Source: Lama glama
Taxonomy: Eukaryota
Direction: 5' to 3'
NCBI GenBank assembly: GCA_028534125.1
Contig: CM052816.1
Coordinates: forward strand, 3,350,001 to 3,414,000
DNA: 64,000 nt
Part shown: piece by piece, positions 38,453-51,500 of the stretch
Layout of the letters: every line of letters begins with the position of its first letter
How positions within the stretch are numbered: position 1 is the first letter of the stretch
The notes under the pieces: model-generated
What the model was told of the DNA's origin: nothing
Seen by the model: the letters and a program-made list of their open reading frames with translations, nothing else
The model's database searches: none
Position numbers and translations under genes: made by a program

Positions 38453-41400
38453 ATAATCAGCATTTTTTTCCACTTTAGTGTTAGCATTTTATAGTCAGGA
38501 AACCAAAATAATTAAAATATAAAAAATTACTTTCCAACCACAGGTCCCAAAAGATACTGCCAGTCGACCTTGTAAGCTTTTAACTTAAGGCCTCCCTAAT
38601 ATTTGTTGTTAATTGAGCTCCTTAAAATAAATGGTGAAACATGAGGAAAAAAGGATAAAATTATGCTGGAATTGGGGTTGGGACTTTCTTTTGAGCAGGA
38701 ATAAATAATTGTGCATAAACAAAAACATATGGATCAAGAAACCAATAAGAAAATCGAAATAATTTACACTTGTGTGTAGCTTTGTCCTTTTGAAAGCATT
38801 GTCACATTCATCACCCTATTTAACACTACAAGGTGAGAATGGCTTTCCCTCCACTCTCAAGGCTTCTAACTCTGTACCTGTAAAATGAGGGGACCTCAAC
38901 TAGATCACACATCAGACTCCTCCAGACTCTGCCAATCTACAAAACAACGTCTGATAAGTTCTTGCTCTTTATCAAGTGTCTTAATTTTTTGTATAAGGTC
39001 ATTTTTCAATCTAGTGATTATGTTTAATGGGGAATGTGTAATCTATTTCACAGAATTGTTTTGAGGTTTTTGGTGATACCAAAATGGGAGATCTCATATC
39101 TTGTCATGGCTGAAGCTGCTTGTCAGTCATGGCATGCTGTCTTTGGAGAACTGAATACCCATCCTCAGAATCATTCTTAACCCAGTGCTCAAGGCAGTCA
39201 GTGCCAACTGGTGGGGATCAACTTGTTCTGAAATTTGCTATTTCTTTTATGTCTTTCTTTTGGTATTACTTTTAATTATGGCTGGTTTTGCCACATCATA
39301 GTTTTACAATTATATTAATAGGTCAAATACTATGTTTGCTTTCCTATAGAATGACTGTGTTTTAATATGCCAACCAAAGCTGGGTTACCTACAAAATGAT
39401 GATCATTCTCTTCACTTGTGTGCAGATACAGAATTTACAAAGCCCTTTCACTTTCTTCATCTCACTGATTTTCTCAGCACTCTGAGATATCAATTGGATA
39501 TTCTCATCTGTGTTTTACAGAGAAGGAAATGGATTCACAGAGGTTAAGTCCTGCACAACAAGAGCAGCTGACACTCAAGTCCAAGTCTCCCCTTCTCGTG
39601 TACTTTCCCCCAGACCGCACTATTACAAAGCAAACTGGGGAAATTCCCATACACCCATTGGCCTCTGGGGTGTCCTCTTCGATGTCCTTTGAAGTGCAGA
39701 GTTGAGCCTTTCCATGGGCCACTGAACAAAGGGTAAACTGTCATTTGGGGAAGTGAGACCCAGGAGAAGACATTTCCTGGCACATTTGTTGTGCTCCGTA
39801 AATGTCAGTTGATTGAAGGGATGAATTTCCGAGTATGTTCCTCTGGTGTCTGTAGAGTCTTGAACCTGTTCCGGATATGGGCCTCCTCAAAACAGGCAGA
39901 GAGAAGGGGACGTGGCTGGCCTCGTTCACTCTCACGAGCCGACTAGAGAGAGAGGTTCCAGGTGAGGGGCCCTGGGGTCTGTCCTCAGCTAGCAAGCAGC
40001 ACCGCCCCCAAGACCACAGTTCTTGATCTAATCTTACTTTACACCCCTGCCTCACTTCCCCTGCAGTGGAGGTGATGGTTAAAGAGAAGGTGCCTTGAAA
40101 ATGTAAGCTTTGGTGTATGCAAAAAGTAAAGCCTTAACCCCAACATATTTGTGCACCTCTTTTTTTACCCATCAGATTGGCTTTTTTTTTTTTTAAGTTT
40201 AATGATACCCAGTATTGGCACTCCCATATCCTGTTGGTAGGAATGTAAAATTTGGCAAACTTTTTGAGGGATTTATCTTTCAAAATTAAGATGTCACATA
40301 GTCTGACTCACCAGTTCCATAGTGAGCAATATGAGATATGTATTTTTTTTCCTGAGGAAAATAATTATTTTCAAGAGTATATTTTTCAAAAAATATATAT
40401 GTATTTCAAAAGATTGCGAAGATACATGAGCATGAGCAACAGAAGATCTTCACTGCAGCCTTGTTTGAAATAACAAATAAAACAACCTGGAAACTAAATG
40501 TCCCATCATAAAATCTTATTTAAATATTTATAATACAAGCATACGTTTCAAAACTATACAATCATTTTTTAAAATAACAGACTTGTATGTGTTAATATGA
40601 AAAGATCTCTTAGATTATTAAAGGTTAAAAGCAAGGTGAAATCCTTAGTGCAAATAAAAAAGGATGCATTTGTAGATGTATAACTTTTTTGCCTAGGACG
40701 CACAAGTAAGTTAATAGTGAATACTTTTAGGATTGATGTGTGGGTAAGTGGAGGGTGGTTTGTTTTTAAGCATATTTCTCTCTACTGTTAGGTTTTTTTT
40801 TTTTAAATAAAACATTGACATAGGCTATCCATGTTGTGATGATGGAGTATTTTTTTATATTTTAAATTAATAATAACCTCATACTTTTAATGTGTTTAAA
40901 CCTTTAAGAGTAATTTATAAGGATGCAGTGTTGTGAATATTTGCAACCTACGAGCCCAAGAAGGGAATTTGCTAAATTATGGTATATTTTTATTTTAGAT
41001 TTGTGCAATCACTGAAATCACCTTCTGGAGATGATTCTGGAGACTGTTCCAGGGCACAGGTAAAGACCTCCGATATTTAAAGGAAAAAATAAAGCCTTAT
41101 AAAGCAATGTGAATCTGACACTTTTAAATTAAGCACTAGTGTCTAAGTCACATATATCCCACTACATTCTGAAGGCCTATGACAGTAACTTTGCTGTATT
41201 TCAAATTGGAGGAGGGGTCATAAGATTTTTTTCATTCAAAAGTCCCAGAGTGGGCAATCGGAATTTGCACAACTTTATTTTCTCCATGAATCATTTGGAT
41301 GGCTAGTTCAAAGATTGTTGGTTAAACTAAATCTTTAGTCTTTTATCCTGATACTTCTTGATGTAACCACCAATCTGCACCCTCTAAACATGTCTTTTCT

Positions 41401-41787
41401 TTCCACCAAAAATAAGACCCTCATAATGGGTTGTATCTCCAACTTCACTTAAGCACTTGAGAACAATAGTGCTTTGTGGAACAGGTTGCCATTCTCCCAA
41501 ACTGGACGTCAGTGGAACAACCCCAGGAGATTTTTAGATGAGTTTGGGGGCTGGGAGAGCTTGATGGAGTGCAGTGAGCTAGCAGAGCAAGTGACTGCCT
41601 CCCAGCCACTTCTGAGAAGTGGAAAGACCCATTTCCACCACTTCTTCCTTCCTCTTCCTTCTGCCTCTGCCCTCCTCTCCTAACTCAGTGCCGTCATCAT
41701 GCGGAGATAAGTAGGGAAAACATCTCGGCATTTCCTTTGTCCCCATCTCAACTCAAAAGCTGGGACAGCAAGCAGAGGCTGCCTTAC

Positions 41788-41939
41788 CCGTTCCTGTCCT
41801 GAACTCTCCACCAGTGAATCTCGGAGCTGTCCAGCAGGTAGTACTCCTCGTCGCGCTGCAGCGTGAGTTCCTGGGGATCGTTCGTTTCATAGTCGTACAA
41901 GGCAATGACCACGGTTTCTTCAGGTTCCCGAAGTGATCG
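41788..41939 (-). CDS. ITK: ITK exon 6 (SH3 domain)
   Basis: cccag|[53 protein letters not shown](G); donor GG|gtaagg; 152 nt. Confidence 0.97.
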
Positions 41940-43697
41940 CTGGGGGTGGGAAACAACAAAATTGAAGACATAGAAAGGAGGTAAACTGTGGAACAGGGTC
42001 AGCGAGTCCCTGAGCTGTAATTTGCTCTTGGATCTATGCCAGACCAGGCACCAGTTCCTACAATCCACTGGGGAAATTTGCTGAGACCACGTGCCTTCCT
42101 CTAGTTGGCTTTCTTTAGAAGCTCGGATTATGGTGCTCTGTTTGATGCAAAGACATTCAGTACCTGGAATTCATCACCTCACCCATTCTATGTGGTCAAT
42201 TCTGACTACGGTGAATTCCAAGCAGCCATTCTTTTCACAAAAGTCTGCTGGCTTCTCTACTCAAACCATGCCACAATTCATCACCTGTCTGCCAGAAGCA
42301 TCACATTCTTGGCTAAGGTGACATAGTCAACACTAAATCATTCAGTCCATGCTTGTCTGATTTTATTTGTGGGTTTGCCCAGGTCCATAGAATCATAGAC
42401 TATTAGACCTGGGATGCCTCTGAGATATCAATCCACTCTTTTGTTTAGAATGGGGAAACTGAGAACCAGATGAGGAAATGGATGTGGCCAAGTTTAGCAA
42501 CTGTATTAATCTCAGGCTTTCTCTCCTGTGTCGTGTGGGGTCCCTGTTCCTCTTGTGGGCTCTTTTGCCTGTGTCTGTAGTTTTGAGTACCTTCCTTAGG
42601 ATGAGATACTGAAGATGTGACAAAGAGACAGTAAAGCAAACAACCACGAGGGTTCAGGATGGGCACACCTGCTAGAGGTTTTGTGGGAGAGGAAATATGG
42701 GAAGAGATTGACATTACTGGCTAGAATGGGACTTGGTGCTGGGAAATCCAAAGTTCTCTGAATACACTGAAGCACTTGGTGGCATAAAAATACCGGAGAT
42801 TAAAAAAACGGGTAGTCATACTGATACAGTATGTCACCCCAGCTGAGCCCAGGTTGGAATTTGAAGTCTAGGTATTTGTGGCGCTTATGTGGTGGTGTAT
42901 TGGGTACTACAGATAGGAGTCTATGAGCCTGAGGTTTTCACCTGAAGGGCTAATGGAGGAAAGAGCTGAGTTCAAAGACTGAGTTCAAAGGAAGATAGGA
43001 GGGAAATGGCACAGTATTCATCTCATTACAGGCCCAGCTAACTGGGCCTGAGACTCTGCATGTCTAACGAGCTGCCAGGTGATGCTGATGCCATTGATCC
43101 GTGGACCACACTTTGAGACCCATCCCTCAAGTTAAAGACTACCACACAAGAAATTCTGCAGCCGTCTAGCGTGACTACTGAATTGCTGAATGGCCTTGGG
43201 AAATCCTGCAAACCTCTCATGGGACTTCCTTTCCCAAGCTTTCACATGAGAATAAAACTATGACCCTCGGAAGCAGCTAGAACAGACGGTGAGTTTCTAT
43301 ATAGCTAGTAAAAGTGTAGACATCCTTTGAAGAATATAAAGTATTCTCAAATGTATGCTTCCCAAATGCTGGTATGTCAAAGGGTTATATAGCTGTGAGC
43401 TGTCATGTGCCCCAACCTGGTCAGGGGGCTGGACACACAGTTGGGTACCCATAAGTGTTTGCTGAGTGAAGACAAGATGGCAAGAGGTGGGATTTGGCAC
43501 CTGACTCATCTTCTTCTGTGGACAGATCCGTGAGACAGTTCAGGCCCAAGAAACCCCCAGTGTGGAGTTCAGATGCGCCATGGCAGTCAGCTGTATTTGC
43601 CCCGTATTTGAGAAACGCGGGCAGGAGCACGCCTGGGAGAGCAGCTGGCCTGCGGCGCCGTGGGCCACCCGCGCCCGGCCCCTGAGCGCTCACTCAC

Positions 43698-43738
43698 CCT
43701 GTTGTCTTCAGGAGTAGGAGGAAGAGGCTTCTTTGAAG
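43698..43738 (-). CDS. ITK: ITK exon 5 (proline-rich region)
   Basis: tttcag|CT TCA AAG; (A)SKKPLPPTPEDNR; donor AGG|gtgagt; 41 nt. Confidence 0.97.
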
Positions 43739-46700
43739 CTGAAACGAGAAAAACAGAGAAATAAGCCTGAAACTGAATGTGCCCGACTGGAGGTGAGCAG
43801 CCGGGGGCTTTTCAAAGAAAAGGGGCCTCAAAGAGAACAGCAGCAGGAGAAGGTGAGGCCCAGCGCCTGTGTCTGATCTCTTTCAGCCTGGGGGTTCCCA
43901 ATTTTGTTTTCTAGGAGACACGAGAAACTTCCAGAAGCCAATATCCCGGGCCCCTCCTCCTGTATTCCCAGGAAAAGCCCAGTCCAGAGGGGCTGACAGT
44001 GGGCCTTGGGGTGTGTCCTTCCCAGTGGGCACAGAGCCGCCCACGAAGGCACCTCCACCTGCTAAACCAGGACTTGGAATTGGTGACTCAGGGGGACCAT
44101 GACTCACTGGCTTCCTGATGCCCTTGTGGGCTTGAGGAGCGGGGGATAAGATGAGAGGTTGCCGGGCTGCCCCTTGAGAGGTCTGAAATCCACTTTCAGT
44201 CATCTTGAGGCCTCCGAGTATCCGTTCTTGCTGGCTCCCCCAGACAACACCCCAACACCTCTTTCTCTCTGTTCCTCTCTTTGTGTCTCCATGTCCCCCT
44301 CCCTTTCTCTCCTCTGTCTCTTTTTCTTTCCTCCTTTCTCTCCTCTTTTCTCTCTCCCTTCCCCTGCCCCCACTCTTTCCTTTCATCTCTTTGTTTGTGT
44401 CTCTTAGTATTTCTCCTCTGAGACATTGAAAAGTTCAAGTCCATAATCCAGGGACAGAGGCTGTGGGTCTGTGTGTCTGGGAGGATGTGCGGCAGGGGAG
44501 GCAGTGCCTTGGCTCCCGTTCGGCTCACAGGCTTCTTTAACAATTAGAGGTAAGGAGGGAATGGCTGCGTCAGTAGGCAGTGAGCCCCTCCCCTCTGCGG
44601 GAGGCTGATTGGAGCCGGGCAGCCCATGCTGGGATGTAGTAAGTGGAGACTCATACATTGACACTGGAGTCCAGGCCTTGTGCTAACTCCTTAGGCAAGG
44701 GCAGGCTGGGGTACTGGGTATGCAATTAACAGAGAAGAGGGAAACAGACATGATAGGAAACATGGTTCCCGTCAAGCGCTCAACTTTGAGCTGGGAGACT
44801 GGAGTCCTAACCCCAGCTCCACCACGTACAAGCTCTGTGGCTGTGGGCCCCTCCCAGCCCTGAACCTGCTGGGCCTGGTCTCTCTTCTTCCTTTGGCATT
44901 GCTCTTGCCTTTCTTCCCCTCCCTCCGTGGGAAGTCTGTGTGTGGTGAGACCAGGGCCAGTTCTGGTTGCAGAAATGGGTGTTGCTGTGCGTAGAGTTTA
45001 GCAGAGCCCATGTTTACTCAACCACCTCTGCCACTTCCCGGTCATATACACACAAGCTATCTCAGCTTCAGATTCTTCTGTCCCCAAATACAGACTAGTA
45101 GACACCATGACCATTTATTGAGAGCTCACTGAGTGCCAGCAGCTGTGCTGAGAGCTTTCCACAACCCCACTGAGTCTCCCGACAGCCCCTCAAAGTAGCT
45201 AATTATTACCATCATCCTTATTTTACAGACGAGGACAGTGGCACAGGGACTCAGAAAGGGTAAGTGACATAAATGAAGTCACAGACCAAGGAAGTGAAGG
45301 GGCTGGGACTCACAGCAGGTGTTTTTCATCCCGAAGCCCCATGCTCTTAGGCCCAGCCCAACACATGCCCAACACCGGGAATCCTACAAGCCTTCGCCCA
45401 GAGCACAGTCATGTGCAGTGTGCACAGTGCAGTGTGCTTCTTGAAAACTCTGCTCTCGATTCAGTCGAAACTTTGGTGCATGAGGTTACTTCAACCAAGT
45501 CAGAGGAAGGTACAATGAGGACATGCTCAGATGAGGAGATGACAGTAGGTTGCAACACAAAAGCAAGACCTTCAGCAGAGTGGCCAGACAGTGGCTAGAC
45601 CCTGGCTCCACGTGGCGGGGAGCTTAGCTTGCACAGCCCTGCCCTCGTGAGTCATTCAGACGTTCTCGCACCTCAATCATGTGTCCACACTCAGTGGGGG
45701 GAAATACAGCGCACCCCGGAGAGCAACAGCTGCTAAATGCTTGGTGAAAACTGCAAAACGGAAACATAGATTCAAAGAGTTGCAAAATTGGAAGGAGACT
45801 TAGAGAGTATTTCATCTTAGGGCCCCTAAAATTTCCCTCTCCATTTCAGAGATGACGGCATTGGGGTCCTTGATGGCCGTACAACTCATCCAAGGGCCTA
45901 CAGCAAGGCGCTGGCAGGAATTTGGAGACGAGATCTCTGGCTTTGGAAAGGGCTTTCAGTCACAGAGGCAAGCCCATGTCATCCTGTACTTGGGGTGGAG
46001 CCCACCCGCATAAAACCTTCCTTTTTTTTTTCATTAGATACCAGCCTTCCTGAGTATGGACCACAGGGCTAATGCAGAGAATCACTGTCTTCTAAACTAG
46101 GTAAATATTCTTCTGGATCAAGGGGCTGGTAACCTTGAGCTTTCTCTCCCAAGGTGGAGGGCGAGAAGTGGTGGTTGTTAAAGTGGCAGTAGCAGGGGCT
46201 GCAACTCAGGAAGCCACAGAAAACCCAGCCACGTGTTACATTTAGCACATCCACCTTGGGCTGTCAATCTGAGGGGCTAGTGCCAAAAAGAAACCGACAG
46301 AAGAGAAAAGCTAAGTAGGGTAAGAGAGGTTGAGAGGAGAGGGCGGTGGGAGCAAACAGTTCACATGATCCTTCATTCCTACTCAGCCATGGTTTTGAGA
46401 GCTCTTCCTCGCTGTGTGACCTTGAACTTACTGAACTGCTCAGCCTTCTTTCTTTAACATCACACCATCTACCCCAGGCGGTTGTGAGGAATGGGGGCAT
46501 GACGCACGAAAAAGCGCATCAGAGTGGAGTTGCCCTTCTTTGGGGGTTTGGGTCCCAAAGTCATCACATAAGGTAAAATCCAGTCACAGTCCATTCCTTA
46601 GAACCTGGGTCTTTGACCTTAAAGACCAAAAACACCAATGTCTTCTGTTTTCAGTTTGCATTGAAGCTGTGCCCTCTTTTTCTCTAAGACTGTGGAGGTG

Positions 46701-47296
46701 AAGGGCAAGCTTGAAGTGGAGGCAGGGAGAAGCCACAGGGTAAAATAGCAGCTTTTTTGGGTTTTGCTTTCTTCCCCTTTTGGGTGTCTAGAGTTGAAGT
46801 TGTGCAATTAAACACATGCGTGATGTGACGCCACCGTGATAAACAGTATTATAGCTCTCTAAGGCTGTCTCTGCAACTTCAGATCTAAGTAGACCGTGCC
46901 ATTCAAATTTCCTAACTTGAAGGGATAGCAGTGCTTCACCAACTTTACTGTGCACACACATCTCCAGGGGATCTTGTTAAAGTACAAATTCTGCTCCAGC
47001 AGAGCTAGGAGGGGGCCTAGAATTTGTGGTTCTAACTAGCTTACATGTGATGTTGGTGCCGATGGTCCAAGAACCACATGCTAAGTAGCAAGGAGTTATA
47101 AACACATCAGCTGTGAGATGAAAAAACATCAACAGACTGGTGATGCAGGTGGTTGATTCCTTTCTGAAAATTCTGAGAATGTGCAATTCTGCCCTCAATC
47201 CCTGACACCCCCGATGGTGGGAAGCAAAGAGCTTTTACTTCTTACTCGTGGGGAGGTCAGTCATTTTACAAAGAAAGGGAATTCATAGTCTCTTAC

Positions 47297-47425
47297 CATT
47301 CTTGGTTGGATCGTACTGGGCACAGCCCACTGCAAGCTTCTCCACCTGACCACAGCACCTCCATCTCCCGTCCAACCAGAAATTAGGATGATACTTGGGC
47401 ACCAAACTGTTGTTATTCCTCGTTT
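47297..47425 (-). CDS. ITK: ITK exon 4 (Btk/Tec-homology zinc motif)
   Basis: tttcag|AA ACG...; (E)TRNNNSLVPKYHPNFWLDGRWRCCGQVEKLAVGCAQYDPTKN; donor G|gtaaga; 129 nt. Confidence 0.97.
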
Positions 47426-47909
47426 CTGAAAGGGGTTGGCACCAGCAGAAGAGTTATTTCCAGGTCAGTCTGTCAAGGGCCACCAGCTTTATAATTCCTT
47501 GAGATTGGACCCCGCTGTGTGAACTTGAGTGAAATAGAACCCGAACGAATCAGAAAAATGGCTTTTCCCCCATACACGTTTATGGAGGAGTGTATGCTGT
47601 GTTCAGACATCAGCAGATCTGGGTTCTTGTCTGGCTCTGCCTTGTGTTAGCTGTGTGTCCTTAGGTTGGGCAAGACCCTTAGCTGAGCCTCAGCTCCTAC
47701 TGTGTAATGAGGTTGTTAGCATGGATCCATGGGACCCACAAAAGTGACTCAGAGGTAACAGGAAGACAGAGTAGGTAGGATTCCCACTCCTCCATCTCTC
47801 CCACATTAAACAGTAGCAACTTGGCTTGTATCCCTTCTAGATTTGTGGCTTTAAAGCCAGATTTTGGTACAGGAAAAAAAAAAAGAGGCTTTCCTGATTG
47901 AAAAAAAAA

Positions 47910-48409
47910 NNNNNNNNNNNNNNNNNNNNNNNNNNNNNNNNNNNNNNNNNNNNNNNNNNNNNNNNNNNNNNNNNNNNNNNNNNNNNNNNNNNNNNNNNNN
48001 NNNNNNNNNNNNNNNNNNNNNNNNNNNNNNNNNNNNNNNNNNNNNNNNNNNNNNNNNNNNNNNNNNNNNNNNNNNNNNNNNNNNNNNNNNNNNNNNNNNN
48101 NNNNNNNNNNNNNNNNNNNNNNNNNNNNNNNNNNNNNNNNNNNNNNNNNNNNNNNNNNNNNNNNNNNNNNNNNNNNNNNNNNNNNNNNNNNNNNNNNNNN
48201 NNNNNNNNNNNNNNNNNNNNNNNNNNNNNNNNNNNNNNNNNNNNNNNNNNNNNNNNNNNNNNNNNNNNNNNNNNNNNNNNNNNNNNNNNNNNNNNNNNNN
48301 NNNNNNNNNNNNNNNNNNNNNNNNNNNNNNNNNNNNNNNNNNNNNNNNNNNNNNNNNNNNNNNNNNNNNNNNNNNNNNNNNNNNNNNNNNNNNNNNNNNN
48401 NNNNNNNNN
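47910..48409. other. Assembly gap (500 N), probably hiding ITK exons 2-3
   Basis: Run of N with a round placeholder size. Confidence 1.
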
Positions 48410-48562
48410 TATACACAAAATGTTATGATAAATCACAGAGAAAAAAATGTGACAATGAGTGTGTATATGTCCATGAATGACTGAAAAATTGTGCTGAACA
48501 CTGGAATTTGACACAACTCTGTAAAATGATTATGAATCAATAAAAAATGTAAAAAAAAAAAA
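48410..48562 (+). mobile_element. 3' end and polyA tail of a young lineage-specific L1 abutting the gap
   Basis: gactgaaaaattgtgctgaacactggaatttgacacaactctgtaaaatgattat..aataaa..(a)n; related to the antisense fragment at ~27955-28105. Confidence 0.75.
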
Positions 48563-51500
48563 GAGGTGAAGAGTTTGACCATGGCATTTAACTTTATGTA
48601 TGCAAAGTACATAATTGTCAATCTCAAAAAATTTATGCATGTGAATAGCTATATTAGAATAAAAATATTGTGTTATGAATGATTCTTTAATGTTGCTAAC
48701 ATTATTTGTGCAATAATAAAAGATCAAATTTAATTCTTAAAAATTAATTAAAAATCCAAAAGAAAAAAAAAAATAAAGTCCCTTCAATCCTACCTAAAAT
48801 TAGAGCTGACCTTTACAGAGTGTCAAAAATGGCTTATGTGATACCTTCCTGTATTTCATTTCCTTCTTGATAAAGATGCTTGATGATTCAACCCAAAGAG
48901 CTCAATCATGTGGCCCTTTCAGACCCCCTAAGACGATCATCTAGGGAGACTAATATTTTGCAGAGTAAGAAGCTCTTTGGTACCCTTTAAATCCTGCTGT
49001 GTATGTAGGTGGTAGGTTCATATACATATGTATATGATTTAAAGACTGATTTTATTTAAATCAAGTCATCTTACTCATGTATAAAGTATTATATATTTTC
49101 CTCTCTCTCACCATAACATTCCAAACCTATAAAAATAGTATACTTGAAGATTATCATAATAATGGGATTCTTTTGTTTTTATTAGTTTCTTAGAAACATA
49201 ATCTTCTCTAATGGTCCTGGTAACTTTGGGTGGCCCCAGGCATTGCTTCAATCTCTTGGAAAGATGTTGTAGCAACAAATGAGAGAGACCAGAAAGTGTT
49301 ATCTCATGACACACTTACCCCATGCAACTCTGTCCTAAGGAGCTGATTTTAAGAAGGAGGCAGTTCTACATTAGATATACTATTATTTTTCAGTGTTTTT
49401 ACTACACCTGAAGACAACCTGAATGTCAAACAGTACATGATAGGTAAGTTCATCGATTTGTTCAGTACAGAAAATAGGTAAGTATGTCTCTGAAATGAAC
49501 CACTTGATCATTTTTTAAAAAATCATGTGTTTGAGAAAATGATTACTTTGGGGTCCATGTATGGAAATGTATCTACAAAAGAATAATGGGAAAAGAATAA
49601 ATGGAAAAATATAAATTGTCATGCATTATGATTCTAACTACAAGAAATTTATGTCCGCATAAGAGTTAAGATCATTCTCACAGAGACAGTAATTGGTTGT
49701 CTTCAGACAAAAGGGTTTTGGAGAACAATTTGTGTAATTGTTTCATTAATTTTTTAACAGCACGGGGATATGAGTATTTGCTGCTGTGTCTCTTGAGATT
49801 CACTGGAGCAGATTTAACCTGGTTCTACCTTGTTTTCAGTCTTTGCTGCCTCAGGGTGCCTGAGCTCAGTGTGAATCTGAGGTCCTCGGTGTTGATACAC
49901 CAGGCAATTTTCCGCCACAGCATGGAGCAGGATGATGCTAGACAAAGTATGCCTGGACGAGGGATGCTATAAGAGATTACTGAGCACCCTTTCTTGAGCT
50001 TTGTAGTATGTTCAAGTCTCTGTCGCTCACACCTGCCAAGCCTTATCCTACCTCAAGTCTTTGCACTGGCAGTTCCCTCTGCCTGGAATGCTCTTCTCCA
50101 TTTCTTCACTTCACTAGCTCTTTCTCGTCCTTCAAACTTCAGCCTAGATATAAATTTCTTCTCTGAGCACTCGTCCCACTCAGCCCCAGCAACTGCTTAG
50201 TCTCTCCATAGAACCTGCCCTAGTCTGTATCTGCTCTGTGCATGTATATACTTGCTTGTGGTCTGTTTCCAATTAGTGTGTCAGCATGAGGGCAGACACC
50301 TTGTCTCCATCACTTACTACTGTACTCCTAGCACAGCATCCAGCACATAGTAGGTGCTTAGGAAGTGTCTGCTAAACGAATAGATTTATAGATACCAAAA
50401 TAGAAACATTTCCTTGATACACTGTTAGATTTAAAGTCATAATTATAATAAAGATTTGACACAAATATATGTCATTTTGGAGAGAAAAGCCCTATATTGG
50501 AATGTTTTAAAATAAGCAGGTGTGATTTCTGTGACCTTTAAATATCAAAACAAGAGGGAAAATATAAAGAGAAGCCTACTTATAAATAACTTCAGATTAG
50601 TGGGAGTTAGCAACATAAGGGTTTGGATCAGGTTCTTATTCTATTAAAATGCAATTTTTGCTGAATTTCAAGGAGCTGAGTTTTATACGTATAGGAAACC
50701 ATGTCAGAACTTGTGTTTTCTCCTCTGGATCACTCCAAGGAGGTCCCCGAGTGTTGTGATGGCAAACCCAGACTAACTCTCGATGAAAATTAGGTCCCGG
50801 AAGATCTACTTCTGTCAGTAGGACTAAACTGATGAGGGGAAGAATTTATGACTACCTAGTTAAGAAAATGAGGGTGTGTGGATTACTACTTGGCCCTTGA
50901 AAATTTGAGAAGCACTTTAAACTGATTTTCTCTAGGATCCATTTCTGAGTTTGAAACACACATCGTGTATTACATGAGCCTCGTGGTTCGAGGGACTGAG
51001 CCCGTGTGCGTTCCAGTTAAACCGTTCTTCCAGTCTGAGCCAGGAGCTAAGCCCTCGCATTCATAATTGCCCTGAGTCCTGTTTTTATTGCAGAGACTGA
51101 TTAATGGACACATGGGTCCCTGAACAGTAGGCATTGAATCTAATTTTAACCTGGGAGCATTTGCCTCTAAAACAAGAAAAACGAGAATTCTCTATGTAAC
51201 GGCTATCTCCATAAAACATCACAGCCACATCAGACAAGCAAAACTCGGTTTACAAAGAAACCCCATTAAGGCAGACATCAAAACTGCACACTTGGGGTCT
51301 TTGGCCTGAATTGCGAAGTACTTTGCTTTGGATTCTTGCTTTTCTTTGCCTGGCTAGACAAGGCCCATATTTTTAGCTGCCAGAGGCTCTTCTGAATTCG
51401 GTTTGAGTTATGTGACCTTCGTTCATTCACTAGCTATGTATTCACCACCTACCATGTGCACAGCCCTGTTCTAGATGTTGGTGACACAGGGATAAGCCAG

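Noticed and set aside
43883..44543. Charged Arg/Glu/Lys-rich ORFs
   Set aside because: Arise from a CT-rich low-complexity tract in intron 4
48870..48930. Faint resemblance (gagctcaat) to ITK exon 2
   Set aside because: Only ~9 nt match; no open frame encoding the exon and no splice sites
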